This document shows positions 1-11,555 of a stretch of 64,000 nt of DNA, in pieces. The notes beneath the pieces were generated by a model. That model searched no databases, was not told where the DNA came from, and worked only from the letters and a program-made list of their open reading frames with translations. The DNA is taken from positions 51,522,001-51,586,000 of the forward strand of contig NC_043004.1 of assembly GCF_006345805.1 (NCBI RefSeq), given 5' to 3'. Numbering within the stretch: position 1 is the stretch's first letter; each line of letters opens with the position of its first letter. Made by a program: the position numbers and the translations under genes. The stretch comes from Octopus sinensis. Taxonomy: Eukaryota.

Positions 1-476
1 AACCATTTTGTTGCACAATGCGTCTCCATCTTTCCTTTAACTTGAAAATACCCTCTTCCCAGAATTGAGGTGGTTTCATGGCAAAGAATTCATCAAGGTA
101 TCTTTTTACGTCATCCAAGGAATTGAAATTTTTACCATTAAGACTATCCTGCAGAAACCTGAATAAGTGGAAATCTGAAGGAGCAATATCTGGTGAATAT
201 GGAGGGTAGGGTAACACATCCCAGCTGAGATGCAGCAATTTTTGTCTGGTTGCCAGAGCATCAAGTGCCAAAAATGAACTTTCTTATCTTCCATTTTAAA
301 GGGTTACAAAATTAACACAGGTTATAGGAACATAAACCTTCTACGAAAATATAGCTTAAACTGTGCTCTAAATGGAGGTGTAGTCAAATCCTATTTTATG
401 GACTCAACCATGTTCTAAAATAAATTGAAAGGTAAGCTACTATAAATCGGCACAAACTTTCTGGACAACCCAGTAT
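1..476 (-). mobile_element. Mariner (Tc1/mariner) remnant: transposase C-terminus plus one TIR, internally deleted
   Basis: Minus-strand translation of ~1-235 reads WDVLPYPPYSPDIAPSDFHLFRFLQDSLNGKNFNSLDDVKRYLDEFF..WEEGIFKLKERWRRIVQQNG, containing the mariner YSPDLAP motif. A TIR-like aaatcggcacaaactttctggacaacccagta lies at ~444-475. Confidence 0.85.
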
Positions 477-480
477 AATT

Positions 481-680
481 GGTGTGTCCTGAAGCTCCTG
501 CCAAAGAATTTTGAGCAAAGGATTGCAAATGAAAAGAGTTGCAGCAAAATTTGTGCCTCACTTGCTCATGGAAGATCAAAAGCAGTCAAGACTGAATGCG
601 TGTCACCAAATGAAAAATGAGTTGAAAGTTGGTCTGGACTTTTGCAAAGATCCTCACTGGTGATGGAAGCTGGTGCTATG
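481..680 (+). mobile_element. Second mariner transposase fragment (degenerate)
   Basis: Translates MKRVAAKFVPHLLMEDQKQSRLNAC and, after a frameshift, ILTGDGSWCY, matching mariner WVPxxL and TGDETW motifs. Confidence 0.7.
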
Positions 681-834
681 AAATTTGCAGATGTGGAAGA
701 GAGGAAAAAGAAAACAGGGAGTCACACACACATATACATATAATATATATATATATATACATACATATATGTACATATACACACACACGTACACACTCAC
801 ACAATTAAAAAGGAAAAATGAAAAAATGAAAAAA

Positions 835-2990
835 TCATCATCATCATCATCATCATTTAACGTCCGTTTTCCATGCTAGCATGGGTTGGACGGTTCTGAT
901 TTGGCAGTGTTTCTACAGCTGGATGCCCTTCCTAATGCCAACCACTCCGTGAGTGTAGTGGGTGTTTTTTACATGCCACCGGCACAGGAGCCAGCGCAGG
1001 CTGGCAACGGCCACAATCGGCTGGTGCTTTTAGGTGTCACCGACACGGACGCCAGTCAGGCGATGCTAGTAACTGCCACGCTCAAACGGTGCTTTTACGT
1101 GTCACCAGCACTGGTGTCTTAACTACAATTTCCATCTGAATTTTTATTTTGATGTTGATATACTTCACTCAATAGGTCTCCTCAAGAACAACGGGTCACT
1201 CTATGATCCAAGTTTAGCACAGCAGGCCGTCCTGCGAGCCACGAACTCACTTCATCTGTTGGGTCTTCGAAGTCACAGCATATCTCCAGAGGTCTCAGTC
1301 TTTCGTCATAGACTCTGTGAGACTCAGAGTACAAAGGTCATGCTTGACCACCTTGTCCCATGTCTTCCTGGGTCTACCTCTACCCCGGGTTCCTTCAATA
1401 GTTTGGAAGTGGCACTTCTTCACACATCTCTCCTTGTCCATCCTTAGTACATGACCATACCAACGCAATCGTCTCTCCTGTACGCTGCATCCAATGCTTC
1501 TTATGCCCAACATTTCTCTCAGGGTACTTACACTCTGTCGTGCATGGACACTGACATTACACATCCGGCGGATCATGCTAGCTTCATTTCTTTCAAGCCT
1601 ACACATGTCCTCCGCAGTCACAGCCCATGTTTCACTGCGATGAAGCATGGCAGTTCGCACACATGCATCGTACAACCTACCTTTCACTCTGAGCGAGAGA
1701 CCCTTTGTTGCCAGTAGGGGGAGAAGCTTCCTAAATTTTTCCCAAGCTATTCTTATTCTAGTGGTAACGCTCTCTGAGCATCCACCCCTGCTACTAACTT
1801 GGTCACCTAGGTAGCAGAAACTATCAACTACTTCTAGTTCCTCCCCAAGGAGTGTAATGGAATCTGTTTTCTGAGTATCAATGGTGTCAATTGCCCCTGT
1901 GCATTCAGCACACGAAAGCTATCTTCTTGGTTAATTTTCCTTTGATGGTGCTGCACCTCTTATGTGTCCATAGCTTATACTGGGTACATCTTATGGAGTT
2001 TCTACCTACACCTTTTCTACAGATCGAACACCTACCTGAAGGGGTGTGTGGTGAGTTTGCCTTCCTACTTACTAGAACTTTTGTCATTGCTACATTGACT
2101 CTAAGGCCTTTTGATTCTAAACCTAGCTTCCACACATGAAATTTCTTCTCTAGTTTCGGTAGCGATTCTGCTACAAGGGCTAGGTCATCAGCATAGAGGA
2201 GATCCCAGGGACAACCCGTCTTAAATTCCTCTGTTATTACCTGGAGGACTATGATGAATAGAAGGGGGCTGAGGGCTGAGCCTTGGTGGACGCCAACTTC
2301 TACCCCGAATTCTTCACTGTACTCATTGCCAATTCTAACCTTACTACTAGCCTCACTGTAGAGAGCTTGTACAGCCCTTATTAACCATTCGTCAATCTCC
2401 AGTTTCCGCATCGCCCACCAGATAAGGGATCGTGGGACCCTATCAAAGGCTTTCTCCAAGTCCACAAAAGGTAAGTATAGGGGCTTATCTTTGGCTAGGT
2501 ATTTCTCCTGCAGTTGTCAAACCATGAATATGGCATCAGTGGTGCTTCTGCCAGGCACAAAACCAAACTGCATCTCATCTAGGTTAACTCTCTCCCTAAT
2601 TAGTTGGGCTATGACCCTCTCCGTGACCTTCATTACCTGATCCAGCAGTTTGATACCCCTGTAGTTATTTCTATCTAGAGCATCACCTTTACCCTTGTAG
2701 CAGTGGACTATGGTGCTGCTACGCCAGTCATTGTGTATGACTCCATCTTGAACTACCTGGTTTACAATGCAGGTGACTAGGCCGTAGCCTACACCACCAG
2801 ATGTTTTAAGCATCTCAGCGGTGATTCCTGATGGGCCGGGGTCTTTTCCTGGCTTCATTCCCTTAATTGCCTTGACTACTACGGAGCTATCTACACGGAT
2901 AGCTGGTCCTTCTACTGGGTCAACATTTGGCAGGCTCTCCTCCTCCCACTCATTCTCCACATTCAGCAGTCTCACATAGTCGCTTCTCCA
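835..2990 (-). mobile_element. 5'-truncated RTE-clade LINE (RT pseudogene, 3' UTR and (GAT)n tail)
   Basis: Broken ORFs 2517-2975, 1905-2465 and 1295-1687 carry RT motifs NYRGIKLL, QFGFVPGRSTTDAIF, DLEKAFDRVP, GVHQGSALSPLLF and LLYADDL, plus the RTE C-terminal RLRWYGHVLRM..RGRGRPRKTW. The 3' end is ggacgttaaa(tga)n. Confidence 0.93.
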
Positions 2991-3297
2991 AAATAAAAAA
3001 TAAAAAATTAGAAATCAATGGAAGTTAAAACATGGGAAATTTTGTGCAGGAACATAGTAGAAATATGGATTCTAGCCGTGATCTTATGGGCCCAAAACCG
3101 TAACAGGTATTTTGTGACATGTGGACATGCAGCTATTCTCATTCATGTGTATCAGATGTCCAAACTAACATAGTCTTCTCTCTTGCATGCTACATTTGAT
3201 CCCTCTTATGCCCAACTTTCCTCTCAATACATTTGCACTTTGTCGTGTATACATAAACACACACACACCACACACACACACACACACAAAACTCTCT

Positions 3298-3525
3298 GTA
3301 TTTAGAATACAAAATGCACTGTCTCCGGTTTTCTTTCAAACATTCAATTTTAGAGAGAATTTTTTGATGAAATGTAATTCTGAACATTTGTAGAGATGAG
3401 CCACAATTGGAATAAAATGTGTTTATATCTCTACAAATGTTCAGAATTACGGTTGATCAAAACGTCTCTCAAAAACTGAATGTTTGAAAGAAAATCAGAG
3501 AGAGTACATTTTGTATCTTAAATAT
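3298..3525. repeat. Foldback / inverted repeat, ~100 bp arms and ~29 nt loop
   Basis: 3298-3397 (gtatttagaatacaaaatg...ctgaacatttgtagagat) is the imperfect reverse complement of 3427-3525 (atctctacaaatgttcag...cattttgtatcttaaatat). Confidence 0.85.
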
Positions 3526-3944
3526 AACTCAAAGAGGAGTAAAAGAAAGAAAGAGGAAAAAAGAAGGAAATGGGAGAAAAAAGGAAGAAAAGAGAAAAGG
3601 AAGAAGGGAGGAGAGAGGGGAAGAGAGAAAGCAAAAAGACTTTCAGTGATGACCACACCACCATCCTAAAACCCATTCCAATACAATGGTAAATGACTAA
3701 ATAAATAAATGAATGATAAATAGGAAAAGGAATCCTCCTTCTTTCTCTTCCTCTCTCTACCTACTAGCTATCTATCTATTTCCATTGTTATGGCACCTCA
3801 CCCAAAAAGCAAAAACAAGGTTCTCATCTGAACAAAACCCCACAAAAACAGCTGTTTTATACAAATGAACAAGCAGTTTGTACATCACAAAATTCTATTT
3901 GACAAGTTAAGCAGTAATAATAATGAAGAAATAAAAATTCTGAT

Positions 3945-4001
<57 letters not shown>

Positions 4002-4184
4002 TATATATAAATATATTTATCAGCCAAAATTGCGAAGATAATCCGGTTCTTGACTGAAGATTGAAGGCTTCGAATGTCCCGTCCGTGTTTTTTGTATCAT
4101 CTTCTAAATGTTTCACGTTCTTATCCCAGTTTGTATTTTTTTACATTTACATATATATATATATATATATAATATATATCCATC

Positions 4185-4446
4185 AGATGTAGTTACACAT
4201 CGCTGGTCACAATGCGTTCGCATTGTTTTAGCCTTCGAATGATGCCACCCCGCTGGCTAAGCGAGCAGGCCAACAGAAGAAAGAGTGGGAGAAAGAGTAG
4301 TGAAAGAGTACAGCAGGGATCACCACCCCCTGCCGGAGCCTCATGGAGCTTTTAGGTGTTTTCGCCCCATAAATACTCACAATGCCCGGTCTGGGAATCG
4401 AAACCGCGAGTCCGCTGCCCTAACCACTCGGCCATTGCGCCTCCAC
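4185..4446 (-). mobile_element. tRNA-derived SINE, family B head with an alternative 3' tail
   Basis: The head ggaggcgcaatggccgagtggttagggcagcggactcgcgg is shared with family B; the 3' part differs from the other B copies. Confidence 0.75.
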
Positions 4447-4470
4447 TATAAATATATATATATATATTAT

Positions 4471-5016
<546 letters not shown>

Positions 5017-5405
5017 GTATGATAGTCATATCATCAGGATTGAAGAGCAAAAATAAAAGCTCTCCACACACGTGATAGAAATATTATGGGATCGCATTAA
5101 GCAATAATGCGACATGATAAAGAGTTTGAAATATACTTAATTTCAGGATAATAGCAATGAAAAGTGTTAATACTGAACAATTAATAATAAAGCTTTAATC
5201 AATGTAGAGATAAAACAGTATTGTTCAGATCAGGATTACTGGTATGAAATTACACTAGAATATTTAATTACCCTATATATAACAAACTTGCTGCCACAAA
5301 GCTTAAAATTTAAGAGTTGTGTTGTCGCTGTTCTGCTGCTGCTGCTGCTGCTGCTGCTGCCACCCCCGCCACCACTGCTGCCACATAATATATAAATATA
5401 TATAT

Positions 5406-5809
5406 ACTCTTTACTCTTTTACTTGTTTCAGTCATTTGGCTGCGGCCATGCTGGAGCATCGCCTTTAGTCGAGCAAATCGACCCCGGGACTTATTCTTTG
5501 TGAGCCCAGTACTTATTCTATCAGTCTCTTTTGCCGAACCGCTAAGTGACGGGGACGTAAACACACCAGCATCGGTTGTCAAGCAATGCTAGGGGGACAA
5601 ACACAGACACACAATCACATAATATATATACATATATACATATATACGACAGGCTTCTTTCAGTTTCCGTCTACCAAATCTACTCACAAGGCATTGGTCG
5701 GCCCGGGGCTATAGCAGAAGACATTTGCCCAAGATGCCACGCAGTGGGACTGAACCCGGAACCATATGGTTGGTTAGCAAGCTACTTACCACACAGCCAC
5801 TCGTGCGCC
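5406..5809 (-). mobile_element. SINE family A
   Basis: Reverse complement of the family A consensus, from ggcgcacgagtggctgtgtgg to the (taaaagag)n tail. Confidence 0.9.
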
Positions 5810-5819
5810 TATATATATA

Positions 5820-5968
5820 TATGCTTTATTTAAAGCAGAAGAAAATTCAACAAAACCTGTTACTCTGAGTTTCACGTTCCCGTTCGTCGGACAGTTTTTG
5901 CTAGAATCGAACGGGAAACTCAGAGTAACAGGTTTTGTTGAATTTTCTGCTGCTTTAAATAAAGCATA
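5820..5968. repeat. Near-perfect palindrome (~54 bp arms), Penelope-like inverted terminus
   Basis: tatgctttatttaaagcagaagaaaattcaacaaaacctgttactctgagtttc (5820-5873) pairs with 5915-5968; the inner cccgttcg/cgaacggg also pair. Confidence 0.9.
5851..5900 (-). ncRNA. Type I hammerhead ribozyme motif (U4C core variant)
   Basis: Minus strand: CAAAAACUGU CCGACGA ACG-GGAA-CGU GAA ACUC-A-GAGU A ACAGGUUUUG. Stem I has 9 of 10 pairs, stem II has a GNRA loop, stem III is near-palindromic, and the cleavage triplet is GUA. Confidence 0.65.
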
Positions 5969-6080
5969 TTACTCTACCACTGGTATTTGAGTACTCTTTT
6001 TTCCACCTTGTTTCACATTTATGTGTTTACTCCGGTATACATACATACATACATACATACATACATACATACATACATAC

Positions 6081-6942
6081 ACTAGGTGGTATCAAAAGGT
6101 TCCCAGCCCAGTTATGTTTAATACGAAATAATCTAATTTACCTAAGTTTTAACATCCTTTCCTTCAGCAATACACTGGTCCCAGTGTTCCGACTACTTTT
6201 GATATCTGGCCTGGAAGTCATTTCCATAAGCAAGCCAATGCCCGGCATTTAAAATGGCAACCTTTAAGTTGCATTTTCGTCTTTGGGGAAGAGATGGAAA
6301 TCCCCATGTGCTAAATCTGGTGAATAGGGCAAGTGCAAAGGTAATACTACGCTGCTTTGGGTGAGAAACTCATGAGTGAGGAGGGCTCAGTGAAGAATCT
6401 AATTCTTTGCACCTCACATATCTGGTCACTTTCACAGAATGTCATCCCTCAAATGCTTGAAAACGTCACAGTAAAACTCTTGATTGATGACCTGGTCCTG
6501 AGGGATGAATTCTGGATGCACAGTACCACATTCCTAGAGGTGAAGCTTGTGGTAGGTCTTACAGATTGCTCATCATCTTCCATGGACATTCTTCCAAATT
6601 TGAAGTGCCCATGCCACTCAAAACATTGCATACAACCCATTACCTTGTTACCATAAGCTTGCTGAAGCATGCCATGCTCAATGTCTCTGTAGTGGACTTC
6701 CCAAGTTTAATGCAGAATTTCACATTGGCTTTTTATTCCTGTCCATGACAAAATCACAGACTGCAGCATAAACATGATCGCAAAAACACAAATTTCACAA
6801 TTTATGAAGTAAATGCAGAGACGTCACTTGGGACAGTGCCTCATGAAGGTCACTGCTTATTCTCACTATGCATGCACTCACGTGCTGTCATCTGTTAGTA
6901 TGCTACAGAACTAGTTCGGGAACTTTTTGATGCCATCTCATA
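6081..6942 (-). mobile_element. Internally deleted mariner with both TIRs
   Basis: TIRs aggtggtatcaaaaggttccc (~6084) and gggaactttttgatgccatctcata (~6918-6942). Minus-strand peptides FEWHGHFKFGRMSMEDDEQSVRPTTS (HTH region) and YSPDLAHGDFHLFP. Confidence 0.8.
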
Positions 6943-7016
6943 TTATATATATATAAATATATATATTTATATATATATACAAATACATATATATATATAT
7001 ATATATTCATATATAT

Positions 7017-7070
<54 letters not shown>

Positions 7071-7433
7071 ATATATACATGTATATATATACATAAAAAC
7101 ATCTCGTCTCAAATCTGGTCTTTCTGTCGTTTAATTCTCTAACCCATCTTTCCCAACTTCCACTCATAGAAAATTATGCACACGACCGCAAACCTTTCCA
7201 TCTCAAATCTTGCCTTTCTTACTGCCGCCTAAATCTCGTCTTCTCCCAGTGCGCAGTGTGCCCACCCTCCCGCCCCCACCACCAGTACCGGAAGTCCTTA
7301 TCTCACCTTGCCTTCCTTTGCTTTTCTTCCATGAACACCTAAAGGCCTTAAACCAATACCACCCCTTCTATATATGGTGGTGACCATACGGAATGACTGA
7401 AGACCGAGTCCTATGGAAGTGTGCTGTGCATGA

Positions 7434-9300
7434 GAGGACCCGGCAGGACTAGTCAGGCCATATCCCGTGGCCCCTACCTGGGACGTAGTCGATCCACCTG
7501 TGCATACCTTCCTTCTTGTGACACTTGTGAAGACCTGCTGAGGCAAGTTAAAATCAATCAAAATAAATCAATCAAAATAGATGAACATCAATGGAATTTG
7601 TATCTTTGTGGTACCAGTGCCTGTGGCACACAAGAAAACCATCCGAACGTGGCCGTAGCCAGTACTGCATCGACTGGCCTCCGTGCTGTGGGAACATGGT
7701 GGCACATAAAAACACATCCGAAGACCGGCAAGACTAGTTAGGTCATAACCGTGGGCCCTACCTGGGACGTAGTCAGTCCACCTGTACATACCTTCCTTCT
7801 TGTGACACTTGTGAAGACCTGCTGAGGCAAGTGAAAATCAAAATCAAATCAAAACAAATCAAAATAGATGAACATCAATGGAATTTGTATCCTTGTGGTA
7901 CCAGTGCCGGTGGCACACAAGAATCCATCCGAACGTGGCCGTAGTCAGTACCGCTTGTGGTACCAGTGCCGGTGGCACACAAGAATCCATCCGAACATGG
8001 CCGTAGTCAGTACCGCATCACTGGCCATCGTGCTGTGGGCACATAACAAACACCATCCGGTCGTGGCCGTTCGCCAGCCTCATCTAGCACCTGTGTCGGT
8101 GGCACATAAAAACACTTCCGAAGACCCGGCAAGACTAGTCAGGCCATAAACCATGGCCCCTACCTGGGACGTAGTCAGTCCACCTGTGCATACCTTCCCT
8201 TGTGATACTTGTGAAGGCCTGTTGAGGCAAGTGAAAATCAAAATCAAAATCAAATCAAAACAAATCAAAATAGATGAACATCAATGGAATTTGTATCTTT
8301 GTGGTACCAGTGCCGGTGGCACACAAGAGAAAACCATCCGAAAGTGGCCGTAGCCAGTACCGCATCGACTGGCCTCCGTGCTGTGGGCACATGACAAACA
8401 CCATCCGATCGTGGACGTTCGCCAGCCTCATCTAGCACCTGTGTCGGTGGCACATAAAAACACCATCCGAAGACCCGGCAAGACTAGTCAGGCCATAACC
8501 CATGGCCCCTACCTGGGACGTAGTCAGTCCACCTGTGCATACCTTCCTTCTTGTGACACTTGTGAAGACTGTTGAGGCAAGTGAAAATCAAATCAAAACA
8601 AATCAAAATAGATGAACATCAATGGAATCTGTATCTTTGTGGTACCAGTGCCGGTGGCACACACTTTGTGGTACCAGTGCGGTGGCACACAAGAGAACCA
8701 TCCGAACGTGGCCGTAGCCAGTTCCGCATCGACCGGCCTCCGTGCTGTGGGCACGTAACAAACACCATCCGATCATGGCCGTTCGCCAGCCTCATCTGGC
8801 ACCTGTGTCGGTGGCACATAAAAACACCTTCCGAAGACCCGGCAAGACTAGTCAGTCCACCTGTGCATACCTTCCTTCTTGTGACACTTGTGAAGACCGG
8901 TTGAGGCAAGTGAAAATCAAAATCAAATCAAAATAGACAAAATAGATGAACATCAATGGAATTTGTATCTTGTGGTACAGTGCCTGTGGCACACAAGAAA
9001 TCCATCAGTGCCGTAGTCAGTGCGGTGGGCACATGACAAACACCATCTGATCGTGGCCGTTCGCCAGCCTCATCTAGCACCTGTGTCGGTGGCACATAAA
9101 AACACCATCCGAAGACCCGGCAAGACTAGTCAGGCCATAACCCATGGCCCCTACCTGGGACGTAGTCAGTCCACCTGTGCATACCTTCTTCTTGTGACAC
9201 TTGTGAAGACCTGTTGAGACAAGTGAAAATCAAAACAAATCAAAATAGATGAACATCAATGGAATTTGTATCTTTGTGGTACCAGTGCCGGTGGCACGTG
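7434..9300 (+). repeat. Tandem array of six ~280-400 bp units
   Basis: The marker gaagacccggcaagactagt recurs at ~7434, 7720, 8120, 8469, 8833 and 9111. Confidence 0.9.
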
Positions 9301-9378
9301 GCACATAAGAAAACCATCCGAACGTGGCCGTAGCCAGTACCGAATCGACTGGCCTCCGTGCTGTGGGCACGTAACAAG

Positions 9379-9682
9379 CACCATCCGATCGTGGCCGTTT
9401 GCCAGCCTCATCTGGCACCTGTGTCGGTGGCACAAAAACACCATCCGAGCGTGGCGTCTGCCAGCCTCGTCTGGCACCTGTGTCGGTGGCACATAAAAAC
9501 ACCATCCGAGCGGGCCGTCTGCCAGCCTCGTCTGGCACCTGTGTCGGTGGCACATAAAAACACCATCCGAGCATGGCCGTCTGCCAGCCTCGTCTGGCAC
9601 CTGTGTCGGTGGCACATAAAAAGCACCATCCGAGCGTGGCCGTCTGCCAGCCTCGTCTGGCACCTGTGTCGGTGGCACATAA
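9379..9682 (+). repeat. Minisatellite, five ~60-63 bp units
   Basis: caccatccgagcgtggccgtctgccagcctcgtctggcacctgtgtcggtggcacataaaaa starts at ~9379, 9439, 9500, 9561 and 9624. Confidence 0.9.
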
Positions 9683-10034
9683 AATCACCCACTACACTCT
9701 CGGAGTGGTTGGCGTTAGGAAGGGCATCCAGCTGTAGAAACACTGCCAGATCTGACTGGACTGGTGCAGCTTTCGGGATCCCCAGACCCCAGTTGAACCG
9801 TCCAACCCATGCTAGCATGGAAAGCGGACGTTAAATGATGATGATGATGATGATGATATATACATACACACATAGAAAAAGAGAGAGAGTGAGAGAGAGA
9901 GAGAGAGATGCATATGCAAACACATACATATATATATATACACACATACATGCACACATACAAAGATACAGATGTATACATGTATAAGTACATATGCACA
10001 CACGTATATATACGTAAATAAATTTGTATGTATG

Positions 10035-10330
10035 TGTGCACATATATTCTCAAATAATTTTCAGTTTTGCTTTTGATCATCCCAAGTGCTCCTACAATCA
10101 CTGGTGTTGTAACTGTCTTGAGATGCCAGATATTTTCCGATATCAATCAGCAAATCTTTATACTTTCTGAGCTTATCAAATTCTTTTCTGTAGACATTAT
10201 GATCACAATGAATGCTCACATTGATCAATAAACAGACTTTATTGTTTTTATCTTTCACAACAATATCTGGTACATTAGTCTTGATGGTTCTGTCTGTATG
10301 TACTGGAAAGTCCCAAAGAATAGTTACATT
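10035..10330 (-). mobile_element. Dong/R4-clade LINE fragment (restriction-like endonuclease region)
   Basis: Peptides KDKNNKVCLLINVSIHCDHNVYRKEFDKLRKYKDLLIDI and WHLKTVTTPVIVGALGMIK; same subfamily as 19575-21195. Confidence 0.8.
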
Positions 10331-10476
10331 TTCTCCCTTACTTGCAGCCTCAGCGTGATGCTTAGATCATTTGTGAGCAGCTTCAGTTTTATAATGCTGA
10401 CATATTGGCCAGTGTGGATATAGGCCAACTCTGTCATGACTTGATTTATATTAACATTTGATAGTTTCAGACAAAT

Positions 10477-10829
10477 GGATGGAAGCACTCCGTCGGTTAC
10501 GACGACGAGGGTTCCGGTTGATCCGATCAACGGAACAGCCTGCTTGTGAAATTAACGTGTAAGTGGTTGAGCACTCCACAGACACGTGTACCCTTAACGT
10601 AGTTCTCGGGGATATTGAAATACAGGTACAACAGAAACAGGAAGTAAGAGTGAGAGAAAGTTGTGGTGAAAGAGTACAGCAGGGATCACCACCATCCCCT
10701 GCCGGAGCCTCGTGGGGCTTTAGGTGTTTTTGCTCAATAAACACTCACAACGCCCAGTCTGGGAATCAAAACCGCGATCCTATGACCGCGAGTCCGCTGC
10801 CCTAACCACTGGGCCATTGCACCTCCACT
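10477..10829 (-). mobile_element. SINE family B with 13 bp TSD
   Basis: Family B consensus; gtttcagacaaat occurs at both 10464-10476 and 10830-10842. Confidence 0.92.
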
Positions 10830-10966
10830 GTTTCAGACAAATATCAACTGTGTCACCTGTTACACTTATGTGTTACTGAGTGTAGCACTGAGTGTTTCTT
10901 TTATGTTGTTGGGAGAATGCAAACTCTTCCTGAGCACATGGCGTGGTGGTTGTTTGTTTTATTGAC

Positions 10967-11343
10967 TACTAGCAGTATCGCCCGGCGTTGCTCGGGTTTG
11001 TAAGGGAAATAACTATATAAGCATTTTTAGAGAGTTATAGCCAAAAAATAGCAAAAAAATGCATTAAAAATGGGAAAAAAATTATGGTAAATTTTTTTTT
11101 AAATCGTTGACCCATCGTAGACATTTTTAGAGAGTTACTTCCCTTAGCGAAAAAATGCATTAAAATGGAAAAAATGATGGTAAATTATTTAGACTCATCG
11201 TAGACGCGCGCTAATACCCAGAAGGGCTCGATATGAATCACGACTATAAGATACCCGCTTTTGGTTTAACTGCACGGCAAAATGTGGGAGTAGTTAGGAA
11301 TCTAAATCGTAGGAGACAGACACTCAACTTCTCTTTTATATAT
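10967..11343 (+). mobile_element. Non-autonomous Helitron-like element (Lep1/HINE-type ends)
   Basis: 5' tactagcagtatcgcccggcgttgctcggg and 3' ...cttctcttttatata, with no TIR or TSD. A related copy lies at 42957-43358. Confidence 0.65.
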
Positions 11344-11344
11344 T

Positions 11345-11555
11345 TGCTGTACCAAGAGTGTCTTACATTTCTGAATTATTTTGTTTAGGCTGTATTGTTG
11401 AACTGGTAAGTGTCTTGCATAGGATGTGGGCTGTTCCTAGCGGGGCTATTTTTTGGATAGTGTGTAGTGTCAAGGGTCAGGCTACAACTTCTAAGTCTTT
11501 GTTCATGTATTTTCATCATGCCCAATGTCCCAATTATTATTGGGTTAAACTCTAC
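11345..11555 (-). mobile_element. Degenerate Dong/R4 LINE 3' fragment
   Basis: Minus-strand PIIIGTLGM and, in another frame, TIQKIAPLGTAHIL, matching the C-terminal motif of the Dong copies in this window. Confidence 0.6.

Larger units (their letters stand above)
7385..9856 (+). mobile_element. RTE LINE 3' end whose 3' UTR is expanded into a tandem array
   Basis: Starts with the end of an RTE ORF (GMTEDRVLWKCAVHERTR) and ends with the RTE terminus ggagtggttggcgttaggaagggcatccagctgtagaaa...ggacgttaaa(tga)n. Confidence 0.85.

Noticed and set aside
4018-4148. Possible split or permuted hammerhead/Penelope terminus (ctgaagattgaaggcttcgaa on +; gaacgtgaaac on -)
   Set aside because: I could not assemble stems I and III on either strand, so it is too weak to call.
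9379-9682. CRISPR-like regular repeats
   Set aside because: The units are contiguous with no unique spacers, there are no cas genes, and the context is a eukaryotic RTE 3' UTR.
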